This document shows positions 9,144-20,244 of a stretch of DNA of 64,000 nucleotides, piece after piece. Position 1 is the first letter of the stretch, and each line of letters starts with the position of its first letter. This DNA is from a virus (lineage: Duplodnaviria > Caudoviricetes), in IMG/VR virus record IMGVR_UViG_3300009155_000035, one strand, 5' to 3'. The notes under the pieces were generated by a model that made no database searches, had not been told where the DNA came from, and saw only the letters and a list, made by a program, of their open reading frames with translations. A program made the position numbers and the translations under genes.

Positions 9144-10718
9144 GTGGCCATAGTACAGATTTCAAGAATAACCAATCGTAAGGGTGCAACCGATAATTTG
9201 CCACAGCTGGCAGGTGCTGAGCTTGGGTGGTGTATTGACAGTCGTCGACTGTTCATTGGCAATGGTACTTTGCAAGAAGGTGCCCCGGTTATTGGGAACA
9301 CAGAAATCCTTACAGAATTTTCTGATATTACAGTTTTAAGTAACTACACATATCAAGATGTAGCTGTTGGATATATTGCGGAAACTGGCCCAAGCGCCAG
9401 CGACCCCACAATACGAACAGTACAAGCCAAACTTGATGATCAAGCTTGTGTGCGCGATTTTGGTGCAGTAGGTGATGGCATAACCGATGACACCGCAGCC
9501 ATTAATCGAGCACTGTACCAACTGTATTGCCGAGAGTCAAATCCACAAATTAGAAGAAGTTTGTTTTTCCCAGCTGGTGTTTACTTGGTCACAGAATCTA
9601 TTGTGATCCCAACTTATGCCAAGTTGATTGGCGAAGGTGCCGATTGCAGCGTTATTCTATTGTCTACTGATGACAGCTCAATACCGGACTATGTTGCACA
9701 ATATGGAGATAGTAGACTACAAACAGGCGTTAACATTGGTACCAATGGAGCCACACCACCTAGAAACATTGAAATTAGCTCAATGTCATTTCAATCAACT
9801 AATGTCACTGATATATTCTTGGTCAACTCTGCCACACAATGTTGGTTTGACAGTGTGAATTTTATTGGCCCAGTTACACAAACTGAAATTGAAGACAACG
9901 GATCAACCCCACTACCAGAAATTACTGGTGTGTCATTTGCTAGTAACGGAAGTCTTGTAACCAACGACATTACATTTGATAAATGCGGATTTAGCAACAT
10001 CACCACCGGTATTGGTACCGGCAATGTTATTCGAGCAGTCACTGTAAGCAACAGCAAATTCAATATACTGTTTCAAGGCATTGTGCTAACCAATGACGGT
10101 GACGGCGGAGCAACTGGATTTAGATCAGTGCATAACATGTTTGACAATATCTATGCTGAAGGTATTGTATATGATGACGTTAGTTTAAATGCATCGGCAT
10201 ATAACGTTTTTTACAATGTTGGTAATAGTATTGGTAGTGAAACACCCACAGGCCCTGTGATTACTTTTACAAATGACATTTGTGTATCTATCAATGACTT
10301 ATTTGAACGCAGTGATGCAGATGCGTTCACCTACCCTAGAATATCTATAAGTAACACTAGTTCTTCAACTGGTGGAACTCAATTAACGTTGGGTCGTTAT
10401 ACTCAAGAAAATGGTAAAACGTTTACACTTCAAAATGGTGTGTCCGGACAACCAATTTTTAATGTGAACCTAACATACACGAAAGCATTTCAAATGGAAT
10501 ATACAATTACTCGAGACACTGATGTTCGTCATGGTGTATTTGTAGTGGTACCATCTACAACAGGTACAGATCCCGCATACACAGATGACTTTACAGAATT
10601 TGGTAGCGTAGGGATTGAACTCTCAGCAATACAATCCGGAACACAAGTGTCCGTTGAATATGATTCAACAGTTAGCTTGCCCGGTACCTTAACTTATACC
10701 TTATCATATTTGGCCTGA
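9144..10718 (+). CDS. Tail fibre/spike with pectate-lyase-like beta-helix
   Basis: GAELGW...RLFIGNG N-terminus; VRDFGAVGDGITDDTAAINRAL; FFPAGVY; GTG start after GAGG. Confidence 0.75.
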   Translation: MAIVQISRITNRKGATDNLPQLAGAELGWCIDSRRLFIGNGTLQEGAPVIGNTEILTEFSDITVLSNYTYQDVAVGYIAETGPSASDPTIRTVQAKLDDQACVRDFGAVGDGITDDTAAINRALYQLYCRESNPQIRRSLFFPAGVYLVTESIVIPTYAKLIGEGADCSVILLSTDDSSIPDYVAQYGDSRLQTGVNIGTNGATPPRNIEISSMSFQSTNVTDIFLVNSATQCWFDSVNFIGPVTQTEIEDNGSTPLPEITGVSFASNGSLVTNDITFDKCGFSNITTGIGTGNVIRAVTVSNSKFNILFQGIVLTNDGDGGATGFRSVHNMFDNIYAEGIVYDDVSLNASAYNVFYNVGNSIGSETPTGPVITFTNDICVSINDLFERSDADAFTYPRISISNTSSSTGGTQLTLGRYTQENGKTFTLQNGVSGQPIFNVNLTYTKAFQMEYTITRDTDVRHGVFVVVPSTTGTDPAYTDDFTEFGSVGIELSAIQSGTQVSVEYDSTVSLPGTLTYTLSYLA

Positions 10719-11143
10719 TGTGGCCCGTTACTTTCGAAGAGCGCCTGCAAGAGTGGAATGACTTACGCAAGGAGCTCGGGTCCCTTACCTTAGAACAACA
10801 ATTGCCAATTGTTAACGATTGGTGGTTTCGCGCACCCATGATCAATCAACATCTTCAATGGGATTCTCATCGCAACTGGCCTGGCCCCTGGGATCTTTTG
10901 GCCGAAGACTGCTGGTGCGATGTTGCAAGAGCACTAGGAATAGTGTATACTATTATGATGGTTCCTGCTAACAGCAATTGCAGTATTACTATGGCCTGTT
11001 GCGATATTGGCAATTTAGTCCTTGTGGAGCAAGGAAAATATATACTGAATTGGGCGCCACAAACGATCTTAAATATCGATTCAACAAACATTCAGATACT
11101 GCGACAAGTTGACAGCAGTGAGCTACAACGACAATTAGGTTAA
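10718..11143 (+). CDS. Hypothetical protein
   Basis: 141-aa ORF abutting the tail gene. Confidence 0.6.
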   Translation: MWPVTFEERLQEWNDLRKELGSLTLEQQLPIVNDWWFRAPMINQHLQWDSHRNWPGPWDLLAEDCWCDVARALGIVYTIMMVPANSNCSITMACCDIGNLVLVEQGKYILNWAPQTILNIDSTNIQILRQVDSSELQRQLG

Positions 11144-11146
11144 TAA

Positions 11147-13465
11147 ATGACACAAATACAAGTACAAAAACGTGGTGGGCGTAAAGAACCACTAGACCTT
11201 GAAAAATTACATAAAGTAGTGTTTTGGGCAACACAAGGAATCACAGGAGTATCAGCAAGCGAAGTAGAAATCAAAAGTCATTTACAGTTTTACAACGGAA
11301 TTCCAACAGCAAGCATTCAAGAAACATTGATCAAGTCAGCCGCTGATTTAATCAGCGAAGAAACGCCAAACTATCAGTATGTTGCCGGGCGCTTAATTTG
11401 TTACCACATTCGTAAACAAGTCTACGGTGACTTTACCCCATGCCACATTCGAGAATTAGTTAAACGTAATGTAGCCAGTGGGTTCTACGATCATGAACTG
11501 TTAACAGCATACAGCACTGACGAGTGGGACAAGATCAATGCATTTATACGCCATGATCGAGACGAGCAGTTGACATATGCTGCCATGGAACAGTTTCGCG
11601 GCAAATACCTAGTACAAAATCGCGTAACAAAAGAAATTTTTGAAACACCACAAGTGACCTATGCATTGATTGCTGCCACATTGTTTGTTAACTATCCATC
11701 TGAAACAAGATTGCAATGGGTCAAAGACTACTATGACGCAATTAGCACACATCAAATCAGTCTGCCTACACCTGTAATGTCTGGTGTTCGCACACCACAA
11801 CGTCAGTTCTCCAGCTGTGTTCTAATCGAGACTGACGATAGCTTAGATTCAATCAATGCAACAACGTCTAGTATTGTAAAATATGTAAGTCAAAAGGCAG
11901 GTATTGGCATCGGCGCCGGTCGCATTCGTGCTCTTGGTTCACCTATTCGCAATGGTGATGCTTATCACACTGGTGTAATTCCCTTTTATAAAATGTTCCA
12001 GGCGGCTACACGCAGTTGCAGCCAAGGTGGAGTGCGCAATGGCGCGGCTACGTTGTATTATCCGATCTGGCATCTTGAAGTTGAGGATCTGTTGGTCCTA
12101 AAAAATAACAAAGGCACCGACGACAACCGTGTACGTCATATGGACTACGGCGTACAGTTTAACAAAGTCATGTATGAACGTTTGCTGACCAATGGAAACA
12201 TATCATTGTTCTCTCCCAATGATGTTCCCGAAATGTTTGATGCATTCTACAAAGATGTTGACCGTTTCCGTGATCTATACGAAGCGGCTGAACGCAATAC
12301 AAAAATACGCAAGAAAAAGATCAAGGCAATTGATTTGTTTACAATGTTCATGCAAGAACGTAAAGACACTGGTCGTGTGTACTTGATGAATGTAGACCAC
12401 GCCAACAATCATGGCGCATTTATTCCTGAACTAGCACCGATACGTCAAAGCAATCTGTGCTGTGAAATTAATTTGCCTACAAAACCACTAAACGATATTA
12501 ATGACCCCAATGGAGAAATTGCATTATGCACACTCAGCGCATTGAACTGGGGAGTGTTTAAAGAGCCGCAAGACATGGAAAGTGCTTGCACATTGGCAGT
12601 GCGTGGACTTGATGCATTGTTGACTTATCAAGACTATCCAGTTCTCGCGGCAAAAATGGCCACAGACAATCGTCGACCCTTGGGGGTTGGCATCATTAAC
12701 TTGGCCTACTGGTTGGCCAAGAATGATCTAAGCTACAGCGATCCAGCCGCATTGGCCAAGGTCGACGAGTGGGCTCAACACTGGAGCTATTACTTGATCA
12801 AAGCCAGTGCTGATCTTGCCCAAGAGTTTGGAGCATGCCCCAAGAGCAACGAAACAAAATACCATAATGGCGTTCTCCCAGTAGACACATACAAGCAAGA
12901 AGTTGATGAGCTTGTACCACACCGTGATGTAGTTGACTGGGCCGGATTACGTGAGCAACTTAAACGTACCGGAATTCGAAACAGTACACTGATGGCGTTA
13001 ATGCCAGCAGAAACAAGTGCTCAAATTAGTAATGCCACCAATGGTATTGAACCACCACGTAGCTATGTTTCGATCAAACAAAGTAAAGATGGTGTGCTAA
13101 AACAAGTGGTGCCAGAGTATCGTAGATTAAAAAACAAATATGAACTTTTATGGGATCAAAAATCTCCTGAAGGCTATTTGAAAATTTGTGCAGTTTTGCA
13201 AAAATATATTGATCAAGGTATCAGTGTCAATACCAGCTACAATCCACAATTTTACGATGAAGAAAAAATTACCATGAGTGACATGCTCAAGCATTTGGTA
13301 ATGTTCTACAAGTACGGCGGAAAGCAACTTTACTACTTCAATACCTATGATGGATCCGGCGAAATTGATATCGACCGACTAGCACAATCCAAATCTATCT
13401 TAATTGAAAGCGTTGACACATCGTTAATAGCAGACGATGCAGATTGCGACAGTTGTAAAATTTAA
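11147..13465 (+). CDS. nrdA: Class Ia ribonucleotide reductase alpha subunit
   Basis: ATP-cone N-terminus, FSSC, QSNLCCEI, KQLYY, C-terminal CDSCKI. Confidence 0.98.
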   Translation: MTQIQVQKRGGRKEPLDLEKLHKVVFWATQGITGVSASEVEIKSHLQFYNGIPTASIQETLIKSAADLISEETPNYQYVAGRLICYHIRKQVYGDFTPCHIRELVKRNVASGFYDHELLTAYSTDEWDKINAFIRHDRDEQLTYAAMEQFRGKYLVQNRVTKEIFETPQVTYALIAATLFVNYPSETRLQWVKDYYDAISTHQISLPTPVMSGVRTPQRQFSSCVLIETDDSLDSINATTSSIVKYVSQKAGIGIGAGRIRALGSPIRNGDAYHTGVIPFYKMFQAATRSCSQGGVRNGAATLYYPIWHLEVEDLLVLKNNKGTDDNRVRHMDYGVQFNKVMYERLLTNGNISLFSPNDVPEMFDAFYKDVDRFRDLYEAAERNTKIRKKKIKAIDLFTMFMQERKDTGRVYLMNVDHANNHGAFIPELAPIRQSNLCCEINLPTKPLNDINDPNGEIALCTLSALNWGVFKEPQDMESACTLAVRGLDALLTYQDYPVLAAKMATDNRRPLGVGIINLAYWLAKNDLSYSDPAALAKVDEWAQHWSYYLIKASADLAQEFGACPKSNETKYHNGVLPVDTYKQEVDELVPHRDVVDWAGLREQLKRTGIRNSTLMALMPAETSAQISNATNGIEPPRSYVSIKQSKDGVLKQVVPEYRRLKNKYELLWDQKSPEGYLKICAVLQKYIDQGISVNTSYNPQFYDEEKITMSDMLKHLVMFYKYGGKQLYYFNTYDGSGEIDIDRLAQSKSILIESVDTSLIADDADCDSCKI

Positions 13466-13482
13466 AAAAAAAGGATAACAAC

Positions 13483-14610
13483 ATGACAGTATTCAACCCT
13501 TCCAAAAATCGCGACCACACCACTTCCTTGGCGTTTTTAGATCCACAAGGATCACTGGGGATTCAACGATATGAAACCTTAAAATACAAACAGTTTGACA
13601 AACTAACCGACAAACAACTGGGATTCTTTTGGCGTCCCGAAGAAGTGGATGTGCTTCGTGATGCCAAAGATTTTAAAGATCTAACAGACCACGAACGACA
13701 CATTTTTACGTCAAATCTAAAACGCCAAATTTTGTTAGACAGCGTTCAAGGTCGTGGTCCCAACTTGGCATTATTGCCATTGGCAACAATACCAGAACTA
13801 GAAACTTGGATCGAAACCTGGGCCTTTAGCGAAACTGTGCATAGCCGCAGTTATACACACATTATTAGAAACATTTATTCTAACCCTAGTCAAGTGTTTG
13901 ACGAGTTATTAGACATTGAAGAAATTGTTCAATGTGCCAAATCTATCAGCAAGTATTATGATGACTTATATGACGCTAGCCTAGCATATCAATATCTAGG
14001 CGTAGGCAAGCATGTAATCAATGGTAACACAGTTGTAGTTGACAGATACGAACTTAAGAAGAAACTATGGCTGGCCATTAACAGTGTCAATGCACTCGAA
14101 GGTATTCGTTTTTATGTGAGCTTTGCTTGCTCATGGGCATTTGCTGAACTCAAGAAGATGGAAGGCAACGCCAAGATTATCAAACTGATCTGCCGCGATG
14201 AAAACATACACCTAGGTAGTACACAAACTCTGATCAAGTTGTTGCCACAAGATGATCCAGACTACGTTAAGATCAAAGAAGAATGTCAGGCCGATGTTGT
14301 TGCCTTGTTTGCCGAAGTGGTGCAACAAGAAAAAAATTGGGCACAGTATTTGTTCAAAGATGGCAGCATGATTGGTTTGAACAAACAACTACTTGATGAC
14401 TATGTTGAATGGATTGCGCATAAACGCATGACTGCTCTTGGATTGCCCAGTCCCTATCGCGGTGGAAGTAATCCATTGCCTTGGACTGCCAAGTGGATTG
14501 CCGGTGCCGATGTACAAGTTGCACCCCAAGAAACTGAAATTACCAGTTACGTGATTGGTGGTACCAAACAAGACGTTGATCAAAATACATTTTCTGGACT
14601 AAGTTTATAA
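13483..14610 (+). CDS. nrdB: Class Ia ribonucleotide reductase beta subunit
   Basis: FFWRPEE, ETVHSRSY, EGIRFY, DENIH, APQETEITSY. Confidence 0.98.
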   Translation: MTVFNPSKNRDHTTSLAFLDPQGSLGIQRYETLKYKQFDKLTDKQLGFFWRPEEVDVLRDAKDFKDLTDHERHIFTSNLKRQILLDSVQGRGPNLALLPLATIPELETWIETWAFSETVHSRSYTHIIRNIYSNPSQVFDELLDIEEIVQCAKSISKYYDDLYDASLAYQYLGVGKHVINGNTVVVDRYELKKKLWLAINSVNALEGIRFYVSFACSWAFAELKKMEGNAKIIKLICRDENIHLGSTQTLIKLLPQDDPDYVKIKEECQADVVALFAEVVQQEKNWAQYLFKDGSMIGLNKQLLDDYVEWIAHKRMTALGLPSPYRGGSNPLPWTAKWIAGADVQVAPQETEITSYVIGGTKQDVDQNTFSGLSL

Positions 14611-14876
14611 TGTTAACAGTATATTCTAAAAATCATTGCCCGTTTTGTGATCAAGCAAAAGCCCTGCTTGAAAAATGGGAAATACCTTTTGAAGAAGTAA
14701 AAATCGATGCTGATGATTCTGCTCGAGAATTCATAGTCGGTGCCGGGCACCGAACAGTCCCACAAATTTACCATGAAGGCAAATTATTTGTTGACGGTGG
14801 GTTTCAAGGTTTAAGTAAGCTGACTGCAGACAATGTCAAAGAACGTCTGGGACTTACTAACTTAGGAACTCTATGA
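14610..14876 (+). CDS. Glutaredoxin
   Basis: CPFC, TVPQI; directly follows nrdB. Confidence 0.92.
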   Translation: MLTVYSKNHCPFCDQAKALLEKWEIPFEEVKIDADDSAREFIVGAGHRTVPQIYHEGKLFVDGGFQGLSKLTADNVKERLGLTNLGTL

Positions 14877-15175
14877 ATATCGAATCAAACAAAGTTTTTA
14901 TTTTTAAACTAATCACCAGCGAAGAAATTGTAGCTCGAGTTGAAGAACAACACCAGGACTTTTTAGTACTTTCACATCCCATTACCATGGTTGTAACACA
15001 ACAAGGGTTACAAATGATACCTAGTTTATTTTCCGCAAATATTGAAGCAAATGTACAGCTAAATAAAAGCAGTATTTCAATGGTAACTGAACCCAGGGAA
15101 GATATTGCTGACAGTTATCGTCAAGCAACAACTGGTATTTCAGTACCGCCAAGAAAACAAATTATTACAGGATAA
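14873..15175 (+). CDS. Hypothetical protein (Sm-like fold possible)
   Basis: FKLITSEEIVARV N-terminus; 100 aa. Confidence 0.5.
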   Translation: MNIESNKVFIFKLITSEEIVARVEEQHQDFLVLSHPITMVVTQQGLQMIPSLFSANIEANVQLNKSSISMVTEPREDIADSYRQATTGISVPPRKQIITG

Positions 15176-15180
15176 CTTTA

Positions 15181-15450
15181 ATGCCAGCAGTGTGCAGACT
15201 TGGCGATCCAGACAACGGCAAGGGTCGAATTCTTGAGGGTGTAAATTCCGTGTATGTCAATGGCAAACCCATTGCCGTCGTTGGAGCCAAGGTAAGTCCT
15301 CATGGTAAAGGTAAGCATCGATCTGCTAAAGTACAACAGGGAAGTGGCACGGTATTTGCCGGTGGCAAAGCAGTAACTTTTGTTGGCGCCATGGACAATT
15401 GCGGACATACTAGAAGCTCTGGCAGTGGCGATGTATTTGTGGGCGGTTGA
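15181..15450 (+). CDS. PAAR-like spike tip protein
   Basis: PAVCRLGD, VYVNGKPIAVVG, PH, CGH, GSGDVFVG. Confidence 0.9.
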   Translation: MPAVCRLGDPDNGKGRILEGVNSVYVNGKPIAVVGAKVSPHGKGKHRSAKVQQGSGTVFAGGKAVTFVGAMDNCGHTRSSGSGDVFVGG

Positions 15451-18400
15451 CCATGGGTGCATTGTCATCAGTGATGGCCACTGCTGGTGCAGGTTTATTA
15501 CCTAATCCCCCTCAGGATGTTGGCACCACAATAATCGCACCAAACAACATTGCAAATGCTGTGGCAACATATGGCAATGTTTCAATTATATCAACATTTC
15601 AAAGTATTTGCTCTACTGCACTAGGTGCAGTAAGTGGCGGAAATCTATCTCAAACAAACTTATTAGGCTTGTTGGCCCTGGGCTCCAACACATTCCCTGC
15701 ACTAACCAGTGTGTTACCGGAAAATACCGCACCCACTAGTGTACTGGTTTCTGGTTTAGCTAGCCCCTGGGACAGTTCTATTTCTTACATAGCCGGCGAC
15801 GTAGTTTCCTATAATGGCAATGTGTTTATTGCCAAGGTTGCAAGCAAAAATCAAACACCCACAACTGGCACATACTGGAATCTTTACATTGTATGTTATA
15901 GCTTACCAACGGTTGTTGGAATTGATTCAACAACAGTGTCCGGCAACGGGGACCAGTCAAAATTTTGTCAAGCTTTTATGGCTGCTCAGGGATATATTTC
16001 CCAGGCCAATGCAACTATTAATTCAGTAAAAAACAGTGCGATCTTGGCCGAAACATTTACACCAGCAAATGGTGGCATGGACAATTTGACCACTGGTGGG
16101 TTGAATCAAGTAACCAGCGACATTGCCGGGCTTGGTGCAGATTTAAAGAAACTGGGAAACTTGATTAATCTAGCACAGTTGGATTATTGGGGACTGCCTG
16201 GAGAGTTGTTGGCACAACTTGGGCGTGTGGGCAATGGTATATTACCAGGGCTGGCCACTCCATTAACCACTGCCGGTATAACAACACAACAAATTTCCAG
16301 TTTGTCCAAAGGGTCAAACACACTAGATGCGCAAGCAGAAAAAACTGCATATACAGTAATGACAAAAATCACTGGGTCGGTTCTTTCCCAGGTACTAGCT
16401 GTGTTTGGGGTTACAACTAGTAACATAGCCAACATGGCACAGTTGTTGAATCCAAAAGTTATAATGCCAACTGCTTACAGCAAATTGTTGTGTCCAACAA
16501 AAGATGGACTTGTGCCAATCTATGTCAACGGCGCCACAAATCAAAATCTAATTACCACAGTAGACGATGCCAACATCGTTGCTTACTCGGGACAAACTGG
16601 TACCAATGGTTACAACACACTTAAATTAATTACTCCACCAGATCAAGCCCTGGCAAACAAAGCATTTGCCCAAGCAATGCAACAGGTAAAAAATGTTTCA
16701 ACATCGTTGTTGCCTGGTATTAGCACAGCAATGTTGGCGGTAGAATCAAACACTGGATTGACTGCGGTTAAGAATTTGACCAAACCAGTTCCGGCCACTG
16801 TGATTACTGCATACCAACAACAATTAGGTCAAGGATCGGGTCCTAACGGCACACTGGTTATTGGTGACATTTTGGGAGTAGCATATAAAGAATCTATTTC
16901 CACTAGCCTTACCACTATTGCCAACGCAGTTTCTTCCATTAGCGCATCTTCTCTCAACAGTGTTTATACCAATATGTCAGATACCTTGGCTGGTACATTT
17001 GGGCCATCAACTGGTCCTGTGATTATCCCCAGTGGTCCCGGAGCTGGTACGTACACTACCTGGAACGAAGCATTTAGTACAGCATTGACACCAGCGGCTG
17101 CCTCGGCAATTTCTACTATTGCATCCAGTAATGCCAGCAAGGTGACTGCAACCAATACCCAGTATACTTCAATTATAACCGAAATCGTTAAAGAAATAAC
17201 AAATCAAAACCGAGCACAAATTGATTTTACTGCGTTCGAAGCTAATTCAACTTCGAGCACAATGAGTTTTTCAACAAACTTACATGAGTATGGAAACGAT
17301 CCAGACGCAAATGATGTTTTGCTCAAGTTTACTAACACCGCTACACTAGGTGGTCAGTCGTTGATTAGTAGTTTGCGCGAAGGCAGAAACATCGAAGCAT
17401 TGCAAAATGCTGGAATCAAGCTTGACACACAACTAGACTCTGCTCCGGGACCGGTGATTAGCAACACAACAACATCTGCAACACCTTGGTCTCGGGCATC
17501 ACAGTATTGGAGCAGAAGCTCCACGCTATCAAACACTTTTCGAAACTGGGGCATTTTACGCTCGTGGAAAGGGCAACAGATTCCAAATTGGGGATCAGAC
17601 GGCACCACAGAACAGACTGGCACAGTATCCGTAAAGGCCAGTGGTACCAATGTGGATGTTGTTATTGTTGATGCAGTGCTTGATCCTGCACATCCTGAGT
17701 TTGCAGTAAATGCAGATGGTACAGGTGGATCACGAGTAAAATACTACAACTGGTTTGATGCAAATATACCGGGCGATCCCTCTGCTGGTAGTCGATATAA
17801 CCCACCCATAACAACCAATGCACCGAGTTCTGCTGATGACAGCAGGCATGCTTGCCATGTAGCCGGCATCGCAGTCGGAAACACACAAGGGTGGGCACCA
17901 AAGGCAAACATTTTTAACATATCACCCCAGTATGTAACTGGTGGTGTTCCTTATTTGTATTTGTATCAGTACATATTGGCCTGGCACAACAAAAAGAAAG
18001 CCACTGGCAACACCAATCCAACTATTCTCAACAACAGTTGGTACAGTCGTTACACAATTCCTTATACCAGCATTACTTCCTTGACATATCGAGGAGTAAC
18101 TTACGCAGGGCCGTTTACTCTTGTTCAACTGTTGGGCTATGGCATTACCAATGATGGGGCTGGTAACTGTATTGTTGCCCTGCAAAATTCAACTATGGAT
18201 GCACAAATAAAAGCATGTATCAACGCCGGTATTATTTTTGTAGGATGTGCTGGCAATAACGATACAAGAATTGCAACATCCAGTGATGCAGACTTTAATA
18301 ACACATTGACTGCCACCGGCTTCAATGGCGGCAGTCCAATTTATTATGCTCGTGGTAGTTCGCCAGTTGCCACACAAAATGTTATATGTGTTGGCGCAAT

Positions 18401-18785
18401 TCGCGCACCAAAGAATGATGGCAAGGCTAGTTCAAGTAACTGTGGTCCTCGTGTTGATTTGTTTGCACCTGGTGCATTCATTACCAGCGCCTGGCTGACT
18501 GCCAATGGTGCATCCGGACAACCTACTCCGGTACCAGATCCAAGAAACACAGCTTATTACATTGGCAAGGATACTGGAACCAGCATGGCAGCTCCGCAGG
18601 TCACTGGCATACTTGCCGCGGCATTGGAGGTCAACCCAACCATGACACAAGCACAAGCATTGGCATACATTCAAAATGCGGCTGCACCAAATCAAATCCC
18701 GGATACTGCAGGCGGATATGCTGATACATTCAGTTTACAAGGAGCACCAAACAAATATCTTGCACTACCATCTGATTTAAAGTAA
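15447..18785 (+). CDS. Large virion protein with carbohydrate-binding-like module and C-terminal subtilase (S8) domain
   Basis: WDSSISYIAGDVVSYNG module; S8 triad-like DVVIVD, HACHVAG, GTSMAAPQVTG. Confidence 0.7.
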   Translation: MTMGALSSVMATAGAGLLPNPPQDVGTTIIAPNNIANAVATYGNVSIISTFQSICSTALGAVSGGNLSQTNLLGLLALGSNTFPALTSVLPENTAPTSVLVSGLASPWDSSISYIAGDVVSYNGNVFIAKVASKNQTPTTGTYWNLYIVCYSLPTVVGIDSTTVSGNGDQSKFCQAFMAAQGYISQANATINSVKNSAILAETFTPANGGMDNLTTGGLNQVTSDIAGLGADLKKLGNLINLAQLDYWGLPGELLAQLGRVGNGILPGLATPLTTAGITTQQISSLSKGSNTLDAQAEKTAYTVMTKITGSVLSQVLAVFGVTTSNIANMAQLLNPKVIMPTAYSKLLCPTKDGLVPIYVNGATNQNLITTVDDANIVAYSGQTGTNGYNTLKLITPPDQALANKAFAQAMQQVKNVSTSLLPGISTAMLAVESNTGLTAVKNLTKPVPATVITAYQQQLGQGSGPNGTLVIGDILGVAYKESISTSLTTIANAVSSISASSLNSVYTNMSDTLAGTFGPSTGPVIIPSGPGAGTYTTWNEAFSTALTPAAASAISTIASSNASKVTATNTQYTSIITEIVKEITNQNRAQIDFTAFEANSTSSTMSFSTNLHEYGNDPDANDVLLKFTNTATLGGQSLISSLREGRNIEALQNAGIKLDTQLDSAPGPVISNTTTSATPWSRASQYWSRSSTLSNTFRNWGILRSWKGQQIPNWGSDGTTEQTGTVSVKASGTNVDVVIVDAVLDPAHPEFAVNADGTGGSRVKYYNWFDANIPGDPSAGSRYNPPITTNAPSSADDSRHACHVAGIAVGNTQGWAPKANIFNISPQYVTGGVPYLYLYQYILAWHNKKKATGNTNPTILNNSWYSRYTIPYTSITSLTYRGVTYAGPFTLVQLLGYGITNDGAGNCIVALQNSTMDAQIKACINAGIIFVGCAGNNDTRIATSSDADFNNTLTATGFNGGSPIYYARGSSPVATQNVICVGAIRAPKNDGKASSSNCGPRVDLFAPGAFITSAWLTANGASGQPTPVPDPRNTAYYIGKDTGTSMAAPQVTGILAAALEVNPTMTQAQALAYIQNAAAPNQIPDTAGGYADTFSLQGAPNKYLALPSDLK

Positions 18786-18807
18786 TACTGTTGTACTACT
18801 TTAACGG

Positions 18808-18836
18808 TTGACAACTAATTCTAATTTCCGTATAAT
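18808..18836 (+). promoter_or_regulatory. Consensus sigma70-type early promoter
   Basis: TTGACA-17 bp-TATAAT exact. Confidence 0.85.
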
Positions 18837-18864
18837 ACTAATACTTAACTAAATGGAGATTTAG

Positions 18865-20244
18865 ATGGATGTGCTAGTGCTCAGCGATACTAAGTTTGAT
18901 GGACAAAAATTGGCCGCAGGCTGGATTTACGACCTTGAAAGCAGTGACAGTCGAATTCACAAAGAAAAGGTGATTGAAAAAGCCTTGATGGCCGCAAAGT
19001 TAGGCAGTGCAGATGCACAATGTTTTTTGTTTAACTGTTACCAAGCATACAATCCATTTTATACTTTTAATGTTAAAAAAGTGCCTGACAGCAAAGGTAG
19101 AACCGGATGCTTTAATCCTTGGACAAAATTTTGGGCCTTACTAGAAAGCCTTCGCACTCGCAGTGTCACTGGCGGCAATGCACGATCTGCCATTGCTGAA
19201 CTCATGGAAGAGTTTGATAGTGATGAGTGGAATGATGTATGTGCCAGAGTAATCAAAAAAGACCTGCGCTGTGGCATTAGCGAAAAAACACTTAACAAAG
19301 TCCTGGGCAAAACCGAGTGGAAGATTCCCACATTCAGCTGTCAGCTCGCACAAGACAGTACAGACCAACCCAAAAAGCTTCGTGGCATCAAACGATTAGA
19401 AGTCAAGCTTGACGGTGTTCGTGTGATTGCAGTAGTTTCTGGTACCAGTATTGCACTGTATAGTCGCAATGGCAAAGTATTTGAAAACTTTCCACAAATT
19501 GAAGATGCTATTCGTGAACAACGCCGAGCATTTCAACATGGTCGAGGTACCGGCGGCAACTTTGTACTAGATGGCGAGATTGTGGGCGAAACTTTTCAAC
19601 AGCTCATGCGCCAAGCACATCGTAAATCAGATGCTCAAACTGATGGTATGGTATATCATATTTTTGATATTATTCCGTTTGAAGCACTCAAAGAAGGCCA
19701 TTGTAATTTACAACAACACAAACGAATTGAGTGGCTCGAAAGTGCTCGAAACGCACTAGCAGAAGAGACTAGTTGTTTGCGCATCATGAATGGGCTTAAT
19801 GTAGATTTAGACACTGGCGAAGGGCATGACATCATGCGGCGTTTTGCTGACGATGCTGTAGCCCAAGGCTTTGAAGGAATCATGATCAAAAGCATGGATG
19901 CACCGTATGAATGCAAACGCAGTGATTTTTGGATGAAATGGAAGCCCACCATTACAGTGGACTTAAATATCATTGGCGTTGAAGAAGGCACAGGTCGTAA
20001 CCTGGGCCGATTAGGTGCAATTGTTTGTGAAGGAGTTGATAATGGACGTCGTATTAATGTTAATGTTGGCAGTGGTTTGTCTGATAGCGATCGTGATGAA
20101 TATTGGACCAACCGGGATGACTTACTTGGCCACATTGTGGAAGTCCAAGCAGACGCAGTCACCCAAAACCAAGACGGAACATACTCATTGAGATTTCCAC
20201 GCTTTTTGAGATTCCGTGATTTTGATCCAGGAGATAAAATTTGA
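18865..20244 (+). CDS. ATP-dependent DNA ligase
   Basis: EVKLDGVR, DGEI, EGIMIK, WMKWK, SLRFPRF. Confidence 0.95.
   Translation: MDVLVLSDTKFDGQKLAAGWIYDLESSDSRIHKEKVIEKALMAAKLGSADAQCFLFNCYQAYNPFYTFNVKKVPDSKGRTGCFNPWTKFWALLESLRTRSVTGGNARSAIAELMEEFDSDEWNDVCARVIKKDLRCGISEKTLNKVLGKTEWKIPTFSCQLAQDSTDQPKKLRGIKRLEVKLDGVRVIAVVSGTSIALYSRNGKVFENFPQIEDAIREQRRAFQHGRGTGGNFVLDGEIVGETFQQLMRQAHRKSDAQTDGMVYHIFDIIPFEALKEGHCNLQQHKRIEWLESARNALAEETSCLRIMNGLNVDLDTGEGHDIMRRFADDAVAQGFEGIMIKSMDAPYECKRSDFWMKWKPTITVDLNIIGVEEGTGRNLGRLGAIVCEGVDNGRRINVNVGSGLSDSDRDEYWTNRDDLLGHIVEVQADAVTQNQDGTYSLRFPRFLRFRDFDPGDKI

Noticed and set aside
11147-14610. Introns or inteins in nrdA/nrdB
   Set aside because: Both ORFs are continuous and of normal length, with no splicing motifs seen
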